The notes under the pieces were generated by a model. It saw only the letters and a list, made by a program, of their open reading frames with translations. It ran no database searches and was not told the DNA's origin. Made by a program: the position numbers and the translations under genes. Positions 37,200 to 47,691 of a stretch of DNA of 64,000 bases are shown here, one piece after another; within the stretch, counting starts at the first letter, position 1; every line of letters begins with the position of its first letter. The DNA lies in assembly GCA_965242865.1 (NCBI GenBank), contig CBDETK010000013.1:5376001-5440000 (forward strand), given 5' to 3'. The stretch is from Candidatus Latescibacterota bacterium (GTDB lineage: Bacteria; Latescibacterota; UBA2968; UBA8231).

Positions 37200-40100
37200 G
37201 TGAACGACAGAGATCTGAAATTTACAGATGTTCAAGCACTCGCTGGTAAGGATAGTCTAGCCTCTTTTTTCGCTACCCTTGGTTATGACACAGAGATGCG
37301 CCTGCCGCTGACCTCCACTGCCTTGGGCATCACAGCCGAACAGCTTCAGCGCCAGATAAAAAGTATAGAGCAACTCGCCGTTCAGGAGGATGGAGCGGAG
37401 CCACTATACGTTTATCTCGTAGAGTTGACCTCCGTCACGATTGCGGCTACGCAGGGTCTGGCTCGTGCCCTCAAAAACAGGGAGGGGAACTACGTTTTGG
37501 TGCTCACTGACGACTACGAAAGGCTGGACTTCGTCCTGCTCGAAAGGACTCTCCCCCAATCGAATGGTTCAATCCTCTCTCCACGCCAAGTATCCGTCAG
37601 GCCGCGCATCCTTACGGTCCATCGGCGCAACCCGTCGCGGGTCCATGTCCATTTGCGGGTTCTCAGAAGGTTCACCTACACCGAGGCGGACTCAGATGCT
37701 CAGTACGATAAGCTGCTGTCGGCTTATACTGTCGCCGAATGGTCCGAGCCTTTGTTCAACAATCGCGCCCTATTTTCTGACTATTATCTGAACGAACGCC
37801 TCCCCGAACTACAAGCATGGCAGGAGCATCCTGAGACGGTATATCACCGCTTTCAAGCACTATTCGCCGACTTCCGCGGTCACTTGTCTGATGATAGCCA
37901 AGCTACAATGCGGAATCTCCTAGTACCTGCTTTTAAGGCTCTTGGGTTCCGCGCTGTAAAGGACCAGCAGCGTTATCTCCTCTATACAGCCGATGCGCCC
38001 GACAAGCCTATCGCCTTTTGCTTGGCCTACAGTTGGAATCGCTACCTAGACGGACGCGATGAGACCCGCGACACAGATTCCCCCGAAGAGAATCCGGGCG
38101 CACGTGTCGTCTCTATCCTCGACTCGGGCGAGGCTCCTTGGGCTGTTGTGACCAATGGCAAGCTCTGGCGTCTCTACTCAGCGCAGGCGCACTCTCGCGC
38201 AACCAACTACTATGAGATTGACCTTGAAGAGACTCTAGCCATGGCCGATCCCAACAAAGCCTTCCGCTATTTTTATTTATTTTTCCGCGCCGCCGCCTTT
38301 GTGCCCGAAGAAGACGTGAGCGATGACCAAACTCGTCAAATTTGTTTCTTAGATAAACTTGTTGAAGAAAGCGAGACCTATGCCAAGGGCCTCGGAGATC
38401 GTCTGAAAGAGCGAATATTCGAGCAGGTATTCCCACACTTTGCCAAAGGCTTCATAGAGTACCTTGAACAACAGCCGGGTATTGTAGCTCCTCATCAGAA
38501 AACGCTGTTTCGCGTTGTACAGCAGTTGTCCCTTAAACAAGAGCCCAACGAGGAATTCCGCCGTCAGGTGTTCGAGGGGACGTTGACCCTGCTTTACCGC
38601 CTACTGTTCTTGCTGTACGCAGAGGCTCGTGGTTTGCTGCCGGTTAGAGAAGAACGAGGATACTTTGAACATAGCCTCACTAAGCTAAAGGAGGAAATCA
38701 AAGAAAAAGCAGGAAACATCCTCAACGAAGCTCCTACGAAACTCAGCTCAGTCTATCGCACCGACACCACTGACCTGTACGACAGACTGCTGACGCTATT
38801 TGCGGCCATTGACCAAGGGAGTCGCGACCTGAACATTCCTCTTTACAATGGCGGCCTTTTCATTACCGAGCCACAGGCCAAGGACAACTCTCTAGAGGCC
38901 ACAACCGCCCGTTTTTTACGGCAGCAAAAAATCCCCGACCGCTATTTGGCTATGGGGTTGGATTTGCTGGCACGAGATGTGGACGACAAGCGACAAGACC
39001 TTGTTTTTATTGACTATAAGTCGCTAGGGGTGCGTCAACTCGGTTCCATATACGAGGGGCTTCTGGAGTTCAAAATTCGCATCGCTCCTGAAAAAATGGC
39101 TGTGGTCAAGGGCAAGCGAACCGAAGAGGTCGTTCCCTACAAAGAGGCCAAGAAAGTTTTGACCAAAGGTAGAGGCCGCAACGCCGAGGAGCGCGTGTAT
39201 CACGCCGGCGAGATGTATCTTGAAAACGACCGCCGGGAGCGCAAAGCGTCCGGATCGTACTATACTCCCGATCATATCGTGAAGTACATCGTCGAGCATG
39301 CCGTAGGGCCGGTGCTTGAGGAGAAGTTTGAGAAACTGCGTCCTATATTTCGGAAGGCAGGGCAACAATACCGCCAGAAAGTGCAGCAAGCCAAGATCCT
39401 CAAAAGGCAGGGCTTGGAACCAGATGACCCGAACAAGATCGCCATTACTTTTCGTCCATTAGTGGACGATCTATTTGATCTGCGGATTCTCGACCCGGCG
39501 ATGGGTTCAGGGCACTTTCTGGTAGAAGCGGTGGACTTTATCTGCGACCGCATCCTTGGAGAGCAAGAGGGTTTCCTACAATCGTTCCCGTGGAACCCCG
39601 TGACGGCCTTCCTCGATGATACCCGTCGGGCCATCAGCACGGAAATGGAACGGCAGAAAATTTCGGTGGATACAGGCCGTCTAACCGACGTCAACCTGCT
39701 GAAACGCTACGTACTCAAGCGTTGCGTCTATGGTGTTGATTTGAACCCTATGGCCGTGGAGTTGGCCAAGGTGTCGCTGTGGCTGGACTGTTTCACCATT
39801 GGAGCACCGCTTTCTTTTTTAGACCATCACCTCAAGTGTGGCAATTCGCTCATTGGCACCACGGCACAGCAAGTGCAAGCCGAACTACCTAATCAAACCG
39901 ACCTGTTCGGCGGCCCTTTCCAAGGACTTATCGCTGCTACTGCCACGATTGAGCAACTGCGGCGCATTCCCGACGCCACGGCGTCGGAAGTCGAGGCCAG
40001 CCATACCCTTTTTGCAGACTTTGAGCAGGATCAAGCCCCGTACAAGGCTGCACTCGACATCTGGGTCAGCCGACACTTTGGAAACAGACTCGCCGAGGAA

Positions 40101-41639
40101 TACTTGGCCTTCTCAGGGGCTAATCTAGTCAAGCAGATACGCCCTGGAGGGAGCAGTCCTCCGCTGCCTAATAAATACCAAGAGACTATCAAGAAGGCCG
40201 CTGAAATAGGCATAGAGAAACGCTTCTTTCATTGGGATTTGGAGTTCCCGGAGGCATTTGTCGATTTGCGAGGCGGCCGGTGGAAGGCAAAGAGTGAACA
40301 GGGATTTGACGCGGTGGTGGGGAATCCGCCATATGATGTGCTTGGTAGAGAAATGATAGATAAAGAAACACAAAGGGAACTAGATTTCTACGATAGAATA
40401 CCTCTCTATACTCCTGCTTTGATTGGAGCGAAAAATATCTACAAATTATTCATCTGCCGTGGAATAGCTACCACTTGCAAGTCTGGAGTTATATCTTTTA
40501 TAGTGCCAATGTCTCTTTTGGGGGATAGACAGGCTACTGAGATCCGAAGGTTGTTTTTAGAAAAGATGAACTTGATTGCCATTGAGGTTTTTCCACAGAA
40601 AGATAACCCTAGCAGGCGTGTTTTCTATGAAGCTAAGCTATCAACCACGATTTTTGTATTGTGTAATAAATTTAGTGATAGTGAATTCTTAGTTCGAACA
40701 CATTCTGCACACAGTATCGTTGACAATACTCAAGATACATTGCAGGTCACATCGAAACAAATTCATCGCATGGATCCAAAATTTCTCTCGATTAAATCCT
40801 GTACGAAACGTGATTTTAAGATAGTTGATCGGTTATTCAGTTCTAAGACGACCACAATGGAAGAAAAAGTTCAACTTATGGAAGGAGAGGTTCATTCTGC
40901 TAGCCATAAAGAATTTCTCTCAGATAGTAAACATGTCGGTCCACTTGTTCTAAGAGGTGCATCCATATCTCTATATGCATTGAGAGAAGCTTCTCAGGGT
41001 GAAATTCTATATCTTGACATAGAGAAATATTTACAAGGAAGACGAGCGAGCTCTAAAGCATATCATCATCGTCAAAGGCGAATCGGATTCCAACGGTCAG
41101 CACCGCAGAATAATTTTCGCAGATTAATTGCTGCTCCAATACCAATAGACAATTTTTGCTTTGAGTCAATCAAGTATGTGACTACAGAAACAAGTCATAT
41201 GGATCTCAATTTGTTTATGGCTTTAATGAATTCAAAAATACTAGATTGGTATTTTCGACTGAGTAGTACGAATGCCTCTATTAACGAATATCAATTCAAT
41301 CAGTTACCAATTCCTAGTATGTCAAAAGACGAAATATATATTGATTGGTGTCCATTACTCGATACAGGCAAATGGCCTGATCTCTCAGGTCTGCTTTCAT
41401 CAGCCTGTAAGAAACCTGGTATTATGCCTAAGAATGTGGGAGAGGCAATCGCAGAAATGTGTCGTCGAATTCAGGAAATAGAAGCTCGTCGTGTGCTCAA
41501 AAATCGATCTGAACGATCGAGCCTATCACCTGAGAGCCAGCCTATTCAGGACACGATTGACAAGGTACTGTTCCGTTGCTACGGCTTGTCAGACGACGAC
41601 GCCCAGTACATTGAAGAACGTCTGCAGGAAATGTTGTGA
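37200..41639 (+). CDS. Type IIG / Eco57I-like restriction-modification enzyme (N6-adenine MTase)
   Basis: VTNGKLWRLY, LGSIYEGLLE, GSYYTP, LDPAMGSGHFL, YGVDLN, FHWDLEFPE, VVGNPPY. Confidence 0.92.
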   Translation: MNDRDLKFTDVQALAGKDSLASFFATLGYDTEMRLPLTSTALGITAEQLQRQIKSIEQLAVQEDGAEPLYVYLVELTSVTIAATQGLARALKNREGNYVLVLTDDYERLDFVLLERTLPQSNGSILSPRQVSVRPRILTVHRRNPSRVHVHLRVLRRFTYTEADSDAQYDKLLSAYTVAEWSEPLFNNRALFSDYYLNERLPELQAWQEHPETVYHRFQALFADFRGHLSDDSQATMRNLLVPAFKALGFRAVKDQQRYLLYTADAPDKPIAFCLAYSWNRYLDGRDETRDTDSPEENPGARVVSILDSGEAPWAVVTNGKLWRLYSAQAHSRATNYYEIDLEETLAMADPNKAFRYFYLFFRAAAFVPEEDVSDDQTRQICFLDKLVEESETYAKGLGDRLKERIFEQVFPHFAKGFIEYLEQQPGIVAPHQKTLFRVVQQLSLKQEPNEEFRRQVFEGTLTLLYRLLFLLYAEARGLLPVREERGYFEHSLTKLKEEIKEKAGNILNEAPTKLSSVYRTDTTDLYDRLLTLFAAIDQGSRDLNIPLYNGGLFITEPQAKDNSLEATTARFLRQQKIPDRYLAMGLDLLARDVDDKRQDLVFIDYKSLGVRQLGSIYEGLLEFKIRIAPEKMAVVKGKRTEEVVPYKEAKKVLTKGRGRNAEERVYHAGEMYLENDRRERKASGSYYTPDHIVKYIVEHAVGPVLEEKFEKLRPIFRKAGQQYRQKVQQAKILKRQGLEPDDPNKIAITFRPLVDDLFDLRILDPAMGSGHFLVEAVDFICDRILGEQEGFLQSFPWNPVTAFLDDTRRAISTEMERQKISVDTGRLTDVNLLKRYVLKRCVYGVDLNPMAVELAKVSLWLDCFTIGAPLSFLDHHLKCGNSLIGTTAQQVQAELPNQTDLFGGPFQGLIAATATIEQLRRIPDATASEVEASHTLFADFEQDQAPYKAALDIWVSRHFGNRLAEEYLAFSGANLVKQIRPGGSSPPLPNKYQETIKKAAEIGIEKRFFHWDLEFPEAFVDLRGGRWKAKSEQGFDAVVGNPPYDVLGREMIDKETQRELDFYDRIPLYTPALIGAKNIYKLFICRGIATTCKSGVISFIVPMSLLGDRQATEIRRLFLEKMNLIAIEVFPQKDNPSRRVFYEAKLSTTIFVLCNKFSDSEFLVRTHSAHSIVDNTQDTLQVTSKQIHRMDPKFLSIKSCTKRDFKIVDRLFSSKTTTMEEKVQLMEGEVHSASHKEFLSDSKHVGPLVLRGASISLYALREASQGEILYLDIEKYLQGRRASSKAYHHRQRRIGFQRSAPQNNFRRLIAAPIPIDNFCFESIKYVTTETSHMDLNLFMALMNSKILDWYFRLSSTNASINEYQFNQLPIPSMSKDEIYIDWCPLLDTGKWPDLSGLLSSACKKPGIMPKNVGEAIAEMCRRIQEIEARRVLKNRSERSSLSPESQPIQDTIDKVLFRCYGLSDDDAQYIEERLQEML

Positions 41640-41672
41640 ATGGTTCTAGAAGGACACATATAGGAGTTTGCA

Positions 41673-42563
41673 ATGAGAAAAACAGAACCAGTACCAGTAC
41701 CATCTGCAATCACGAAGACTTATCCTCAAAGAGGACCACTACAGCAATATAGATTTGCTACGGCAACAGCATTTCGCTGTTTCCGATGTGGCGCGACTAA
41801 GAAATCCAAGCTAATTACCATCTATCGAGATTGGATGAGAAAGCTATGCAATGGTTGCTATGGTCGTCTTCTATCCCTGTACGAGATTAAAGCTGGAACA
41901 GATTGTACTGACGAGAAAGCGGAACAGATAGCCGTACTGCTGATCTCTTTAGCCCGTGTCAATGACCGCCGGAATGCGGAATACCGTTTACTCGCTTCAG
42001 AGAGCCGTGCAAAATATCTATCCTCAGAATCGCTACGGTTTCTCGCAACATCGGAATTCATAGCATCAAAGTTGTGTTCAGAACCAGAACTTGAGTGGTC
42101 TCCTGCTGTTATCGGTATCTGTAAGGCGATTGAGATAGAGATTGTAAATCGTCTTATCCTACCTCTCGCTCAAAGAGTTGCTTCCGAAGATCTCTCAAAC
42201 GATACTAAAGATAAAGATGTAGGGCGAGTAGCAGCGTTTTGTGTCGATCCAAAGAGGAATCCACTAGAATTGGGTGCTATCTCTCACTTTTTGCAGACTA
42301 CAATTCACAGTCAACGACGGCGGGAAAGTAGTATTTTGATGGGTGTATTCTTACAGCTTGCATCTGATTGGGCTGGCTCCCAATGGATATTGAATCCAAA
42401 TGGTATATGCCAAGCTCTGTCAAAACTCAGGATAGACTTCAGAAATAAATCTGCACATATAGATGAAATGAGTGAAATACATTATCGTCAATGCAGGGAA
42501 TTAGTCATGGGAGTTGATGGTGTTCTTTGGAGACTCATACAGTCAGTTGAGAAACATAGATGA
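41673..42563 (+). CDS. Hypothetical protein: Zn-finger N-terminus plus HEPN-like C-terminus
   Basis: CFRC...CNGC; KAIEIEI; RNKSAH (Rx4H); AT-rich. Confidence 0.65.
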   Translation: MRKTEPVPVPSAITKTYPQRGPLQQYRFATATAFRCFRCGATKKSKLITIYRDWMRKLCNGCYGRLLSLYEIKAGTDCTDEKAEQIAVLLISLARVNDRRNAEYRLLASESRAKYLSSESLRFLATSEFIASKLCSEPELEWSPAVIGICKAIEIEIVNRLILPLAQRVASEDLSNDTKDKDVGRVAAFCVDPKRNPLELGAISHFLQTTIHSQRRRESSILMGVFLQLASDWAGSQWILNPNGICQALSKLRIDFRNKSAHIDEMSEIHYRQCRELVMGVDGVLWRLIQSVEKHR

Positions 42564-42682
42564 TTAGAGTAAAGGAACTTACAGAAACCACACAGGATGT
42601 GAAATACTTAGAAGCGATCTTAAATCATTTAGGATGGCTATATATACAGCATAGATGACATGATCCGTGAAGAGGATTGTAA

Positions 42683-43018
42683 TTGAATCTACCTAACGCA
42701 CAAAATGTCCGCATTAAAAAAGAGAAAATTACAGATTATCTGCTTTCAACAAGTAGCCTCGATGGTCGAAGCAAAGCCGAATTCTTCTTCGGATTCGGCT
42801 TTTGTATAGAGGAGTGGCAGATTTTTTTGGACGCATTGCGAATTCATGGAACGAGCCACGGAGTCGTCGAAATTAAAGAAACTAACTACGGCACGAAGTA
42901 TATTATAGATGGATCACTTGAGACCCCCGATGGACGCGACCCATACGTGCGGACTATCTGGCAGATTGATAGGGAAAGTGACTCTCCTAGGTTTATTACG
43001 GCGTATCCTACTGATTAG
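42683..43018 (+). CDS. DUF6883 domain protein, copy 1
   Basis: KITDYLLS...GRSKAEFF, YGTKY, TPDGR, TIWQID, PRFITAYP. Confidence 0.82.
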   Translation: MNLPNAQNVRIKKEKITDYLLSTSSLDGRSKAEFFFGFGFCIEEWQIFLDALRIHGTSHGVVEIKETNYGTKYIIDGSLETPDGRDPYVRTIWQIDRESDSPRFITAYPTD

Positions 43019-43027
43019 GAGGCAAAT

Positions 43028-46000
43028 ATGTTCAAGGAATTAGACACCATTGTTCTTACAACCGAAATTCCGCTCGATCGTATCTGGGATATTCCACCTG
43101 GTAGCCCGCTGCTTGGGAACAGCAGTTCAGGAGAAGGTCTGAAAGCCGGCGATGTCGGCACGATTGTGTATATACAGGGTGCAGGGGAAGCCTTTGAGGT
43201 AGAGTTCTTGAAGCCAGATGGCTACACAGTCGCTATTGCCACGGTCTTACCATCGCAGGCTCGCCCGGCCACCAAAAAGGACCGCGCCAACTACCGCTTT
43301 GGGGAGAAGTCGCCCGCACATATCCCCTATGTTATAGACAACGAAAATTATCGCATGGCTGATGTGCTCAATGGGATTTTGGCAGGGCACGACAGCAAAT
43401 CACTGGACATCGCCACCGCCTATTTCAATGTACAAAGCTTTACGCTGCTCCAAGAAGGCTTGCAAGGACTTGGTAGCTTTCGCCTGCTGCTAGGCGATGA
43501 ACCCGAGGATGGAGAGTCGGTGGGGCTGCGTCCCCGGGCAGCGCTTAGGTTAATCCATGAACTGAACGCCGCTTCCTTTGACGAAGCTACCCTCAGAGCC
43601 GTTGAAGACCTCATCGCCTTTTTGCGCCGCAACTCAGTGGAGGTTCGTGCCTACCAGAACGGATTCCTCCACGCCAAGACCTACCTCTTCTACGGCGACT
43701 TACCCGTAGGCGGCGCAGACCGCTTTCAGCCTGTCGCGGCCATTGTTGGCTCTAGCAACTTTACTGGCCCTGGTCTAACCACGAATAAAGAACTCAACCT
43801 TTCCCACAAAACAGTGCTTGCCGAAGAAGAGGTCGCTCGGATAGACCCACCACCTGTTGACGGGCGATTGGAAATGGAACTTCGCCAACAGCTGGCCAGC
43901 GGAGTGGGTGCTCAGGCTATCGCCGAACTAGATAGATGGTTCCGAGCACACTGGGAACAGTCCCGCGATTTCAAAGACGACCTCATCGAACTCTTGGATG
44001 CTTCCAAGTTTGGCGAGAAGGAGTACACGCCCTATCAGGTGTATTTGAAGGCACTTTTCGAGTATTTCAAAGACGACCTCGACTCCGAGATGCAGGACCA
44101 TACGCGCTCTGCTGTCGAGTTGTCCGAGTTTCAAGAAGACGCAGTGAAAAAGGCCCGCAAAATTCTGACTCGCTACGATGGCGTGTTAATCGGCGATTCT
44201 GTGGGATTGGGCAAGACGTGGATCGGCAAGAAGCTGTTAGAGGACTACGCTTACTACCAGCGCCAGAAGGCACTCGTAATCTGCCCCGCATCCCTGCGTC
44301 AGATGTGGACCGATGAACTGCAAGACGCTACCATCTCAGCCGCAATCATTTCCCAAGAAGAACTCGGGCGGGCCAATTTTGACACCCATCGCAACGCTGA
44401 TGCAGAGGTGGTGCTGATCGACGAATCTCACAATTTTCGCAATCGCAGTACTCGGCGATACGAAAACCTCGAACGCATCCTTAGTGCCAATGGCAGTAAT
44501 GGTCGGGTCGATGCTCGCAAGAAACTGATCATGCTCACCGCTACTCCCATCAACAACAACATCTTCGACCTATACAACCAGATAACCCTGTTCACAGGCG
44601 GGGACCGTAGCTATTTCGCCAGCGCGGGTATTGGCGATCTACACAGGTTCTTCCTCCGCGCACGTCAAAATGCAGCCGATCACCACACCGGAACCGCGCT
44701 CTTCAACCTGTTAGAGGAGGTCGTGGTTCGGCGCACTAGGGCTTTCATTCGCAAGGCGTATCCCAAAGCTACCATCCAAGGCAAGGCTCTACAATGGCCT
44801 GAGCGCAGGCTCAAGACAATTCGCTACAATCTCGAGTCCACGTACGATGGAATTTATGAGAAAACTGTTGAATCCATAGGTGATCTGAGCCTTGCTCCCT
44901 ATCAACTGGAGACTTATAAGAAGGCGGGCGTTAAGAGAGATAAGTTTGAACAAGGCCGGGAAGAAGCACTGGCCGGCATTTTCAGAAGTCGCTATCTGAA
45001 GCGATTCGAGTCGAGTGTGGAAGCCTTCCGCATTAGCGCAAGACGCTCCTTGGAATTTACCAGAACTTTTGAACGCTATCTTTTGGCAGGCAGGCTGTTG
45101 GACAGTACATCATTCCGCAAAGCTATGCGCTTTCTCGACTACGAGAATGAAGAAGAGGACGCCAGCACTCCTTCCAGTATAGCCAATGACTTGGACGCTA
45201 CTGAGGAGGCGCGGTCTGCACTGGAAAGCCTGTCGGTTTTGGACCCTGAGCAGTACGATCTCAGCCGCCTACGCGAATCGCTACAGCGCGATGTAGAGGC
45301 GCTGACCGAGGTTTGGCACCTGACTAGCAATATCAAACCAGAGCAGGACGCCAAACTGGCGACTCTCAAGACGATCCTCTCTCAAGACTTGAAAGACAAG
45401 AAAGTCATCGTCTTCTCGTACTACCGGGATACAGCCCGATATATCCACCGGGAACTAACTGAAGAACGCGGTGAGAAATTTAGGGAGGAAGCCGGGGATC
45501 CAGTCATTCGTTGCGTGGATGGCGGTGTTTCGCCGCAAGACCGCAGACGATTTATTGAGGCGTTCGCTCCGCGTTCAAACGGCAGAGAGGAACTCGTCGG
45601 CTCTGAGAAAGAAGTGGATATACTCATATCTACGGATGTCTTATCTGAGGGCCAAAACCTCCAAGACTGTGGCATACTGGTCAATTACGACCTGCATTGG
45701 AATCCGACGCGCATGGTACAGCGTGCCGGCCGTATTGACCGCATAGGCTCGGAATTTCCGCAGCTTTGGGTTTACAATATGTTCCCAGAAGCGGGGCTGG
45801 AACGGCTCTTGGGACTAGTAGAGAGCCTAAGTCAAAAAATTGACGATATTGATAAGGCGGGATTTCTGGATGCCTCGGTACTGGGCGAAACGGTCCATCC
45901 TCGGAACTTCAACACCTTACGCCGCATTATGGAAGAGGATGGCAGTGTCGTCGAAGAGCAGGAACAGTTCGCGGAGTTGGCGAGCAACGAGTTCTTGTTA

Positions 46001-46648
46001 CAGCAGCTTCGCAATGCGCTGGGATCCGGTGCTCATGGGACGCTTGAGGAACTGCCCGATGGCATTCATTCTGGCTTAGTCCGAGAAGGGGAACGCGGCG
46101 TATTCTTCTACTTCACCGCACCCGCGACTCGCGGCGGAGATCGCCGTCACTTCTGGCGTTACTACGACCTGAATCGGAACGAGATACAGGATAATCGCCT
46201 TCTGATTACCAACCTGATTGCCTGCTCTGAGGATACTCCGAGGATAGTGGGCGATTGCGACTTATTCGCCGTGCAGGAAAAGGTAATAGAGAACATCTTG
46301 CAGTCCGTACAGGAGCAGCAGGCCGTGGCCGTGGCCCCTAGGATCCTCAACCCCATTCAGAAGAGCGTCATCACCCTGCTTCGCAGTTACCTGAATAGCC
46401 CTGCCATTGATCGACAGGAAGTAAGATCGGCGATGAAAAGACTTTCCCAGCCCATGACGCACGTTGTGGTCAGAGAGCTGAGAAAGGCTTACACAGCCTT
46501 CTCTCAGCACAGAGATGTCCATCAACTGATCAATGCTGTAAATGCTTCTACAATAGATGGAATAGAGCGAGAAAGGAATACCGGGAAGTCCGCACCGCTC
46601 AGGCGCGAAGACCTTCACCTTGTGTGTTTCGACTATGTTTGGTCGTAA
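43028..46648 (+). CDS. PLD-nuclease + SNF2-family helicase with a fused N-terminal DUF4926 domain
   Basis: GDVGTIV..FEVEF (DUF4926); IATAYF, HAK, GSSNFT (PLD); DSVGLGKT, IDESH, LTATP, SEGQNLQ, QRAGRIDR (SNF2). Confidence 0.9.
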   Translation: MFKELDTIVLTTEIPLDRIWDIPPGSPLLGNSSSGEGLKAGDVGTIVYIQGAGEAFEVEFLKPDGYTVAIATVLPSQARPATKKDRANYRFGEKSPAHIPYVIDNENYRMADVLNGILAGHDSKSLDIATAYFNVQSFTLLQEGLQGLGSFRLLLGDEPEDGESVGLRPRAALRLIHELNAASFDEATLRAVEDLIAFLRRNSVEVRAYQNGFLHAKTYLFYGDLPVGGADRFQPVAAIVGSSNFTGPGLTTNKELNLSHKTVLAEEEVARIDPPPVDGRLEMELRQQLASGVGAQAIAELDRWFRAHWEQSRDFKDDLIELLDASKFGEKEYTPYQVYLKALFEYFKDDLDSEMQDHTRSAVELSEFQEDAVKKARKILTRYDGVLIGDSVGLGKTWIGKKLLEDYAYYQRQKALVICPASLRQMWTDELQDATISAAIISQEELGRANFDTHRNADAEVVLIDESHNFRNRSTRRYENLERILSANGSNGRVDARKKLIMLTATPINNNIFDLYNQITLFTGGDRSYFASAGIGDLHRFFLRARQNAADHHTGTALFNLLEEVVVRRTRAFIRKAYPKATIQGKALQWPERRLKTIRYNLESTYDGIYEKTVESIGDLSLAPYQLETYKKAGVKRDKFEQGREEALAGIFRSRYLKRFESSVEAFRISARRSLEFTRTFERYLLAGRLLDSTSFRKAMRFLDYENEEEDASTPSSIANDLDATEEARSALESLSVLDPEQYDLSRLRESLQRDVEALTEVWHLTSNIKPEQDAKLATLKTILSQDLKDKKVIVFSYYRDTARYIHRELTEERGEKFREEAGDPVIRCVDGGVSPQDRRRFIEAFAPRSNGREELVGSEKEVDILISTDVLSEGQNLQDCGILVNYDLHWNPTRMVQRAGRIDRIGSEFPQLWVYNMFPEAGLERLLGLVESLSQKIDDIDKAGFLDASVLGETVHPRNFNTLRRIMEEDGSVVEEQEQFAELASNEFLLQQLRNALGSGAHGTLEELPDGIHSGLVREGERGVFFYFTAPATRGGDRRHFWRYYDLNRNEIQDNRLLITNLIACSEDTPRIVGDCDLFAVQEKVIENILQSVQEQQAVAVAPRILNPIQKSVITLLRSYLNSPAIDRQEVRSAMKRLSQPMTHVVVRELRKAYTAFSQHRDVHQLINAVNASTIDGIERERNTGKSAPLRREDLHLVCFDYVWS

Positions 46649-46662
46649 TGTTTTTTTAGTGA

Positions 46663-46946
46663 GACCCTGATCGTCGGCTTGGGCGCACATCCGCAAGCGG
46701 ACGCCCTGCGCGTACATTGGCCTTCGGGGCGAACGCAACGCACAACCGACGTGGCGGCCGGGACGCTATTGACCGCGTACGAAAACCCAAGGCACTCGCC
46801 TACGGGCGCGGCGTTTGTGGTGGGGCCGTATCGCGCTGGCGAGCCGTAAGGGTGATTGCGTAGCGACCTCATTGGTCGGATATTGACAGGACGTAACGAT
46901 GGGCTTATGAACCGCGACCAGCATCATGCGATCTAGATGTAGAATA
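46663..46946 (+). repeat. Direct repeat, right copy: orphan 3' end of the ASPIC-UnbV gene plus promoter
   Basis: Still encodes TLIVGLGAHPQADALRVHWPSG...VVGPYRAGEP*. Confidence 0.9.
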
Positions 46947-46969
46947 TACTGGATGTCGGAGATTCACTT

Positions 46970-47323
46970 GTGAAGGCCAGAGAATTGAGGCTACCCAACG
47001 CGCAATATGCCCGAGTTGAACGAGAAAAAGTTACAGGCTACCTGCTTTCGACAACTAGTCCCGATGGTCGAAGTAAGGCCGAATTCTTTTTTAGATTCGG
47101 CTTTCGAGTAGATCAGTGGCAGAATTTAGCGGACGCATTACGGGTTCAGGGAACAAGCCATGAAGTTGTCGAGATTGTAGAAACCGTTTTCGGCCCGCGC
47201 TACCATGTAGATGGGATTATTGAGACGCCTGATGGACGTAAGCCGAGAGTAAGAACGGTTTGGCAGGTAGACATAGGGAGCAACAGCCCCAGGCTCATCA
47301 CAGCACATCCGCTCGGAGGATAA
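46970..47323 (+). CDS. DUF6883 domain protein, copy 2
   Basis: Paralog of 42683-43018 (LPNAQ, GRSKAEFF, TPDGR, PRLITAHP). Confidence 0.82.
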   Translation: MKARELRLPNAQYARVEREKVTGYLLSTTSPDGRSKAEFFFRFGFRVDQWQNLADALRVQGTSHEVVEIVETVFGPRYHVDGIIETPDGRKPRVRTVWQVDIGSNSPRLITAHPLGG

Positions 47324-47325
47324 AG

Positions 47326-47559
47326 ATGTTCAAAGAACATGAACGTATCGTACTTATAACCGATGTTTTGGAGGAGGGGTTGGTCGCTGGCGATGTCGGC
47401 ACGATTGTTCACACCCATCCAAGAGGCGAAGCCTTTGTGGTAGAGTTCATGACGCTCGACGGGCATACGGCGGCCATTGCCACGGTGCTGCCATCGCAGG
47501 CCCGCCTAGTCTCCGACAAGGATATTACTCACGCCCGCATGATGACGATGACAGATTGA
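47326..47559 (+). CDS. DUF4926 domain protein
   Basis: MFKEHERIVL...GLVAGDVGTIVH...AFVVEF...G.TAAIATV. Confidence 0.85.
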   Translation: MFKEHERIVLITDVLEEGLVAGDVGTIVHTHPRGEAFVVEFMTLDGHTAAIATVLPSQARLVSDKDITHARMMTMTD

Positions 47560-47691
47560 TTGTGCCCGCGCCACCGCACGCCCCAATCGAGCCTTCCACA
47601 AACCGCGACCACGTGCGGAAAGAGCACCAGATGCGCCGCAGCCCACGCGGAGACAAAGACAAACAGCCACCACGGCTCGCCGCGTTGCGAG
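47494..47691 (+). repeat. Direct repeat of 50251-50680 with an internal deletion of about 230 bp
   Basis: 47494-47573 matches 50251-50330; 47574-47691 matches 50563-50680. Confidence 0.88.

Noticed and set aside
37200-46648. Complete DISARM or BREX system
   Set aside because: No DrmA/DrmB(DUF1998), PglZ or BrxL-like genes seen; only MTase-REase and PLD-SNF2
46663-46849. Diversity-generating retroelement template/variable repeat
   Set aside because: Differences between the copies are not adenine-specific and no RT is present
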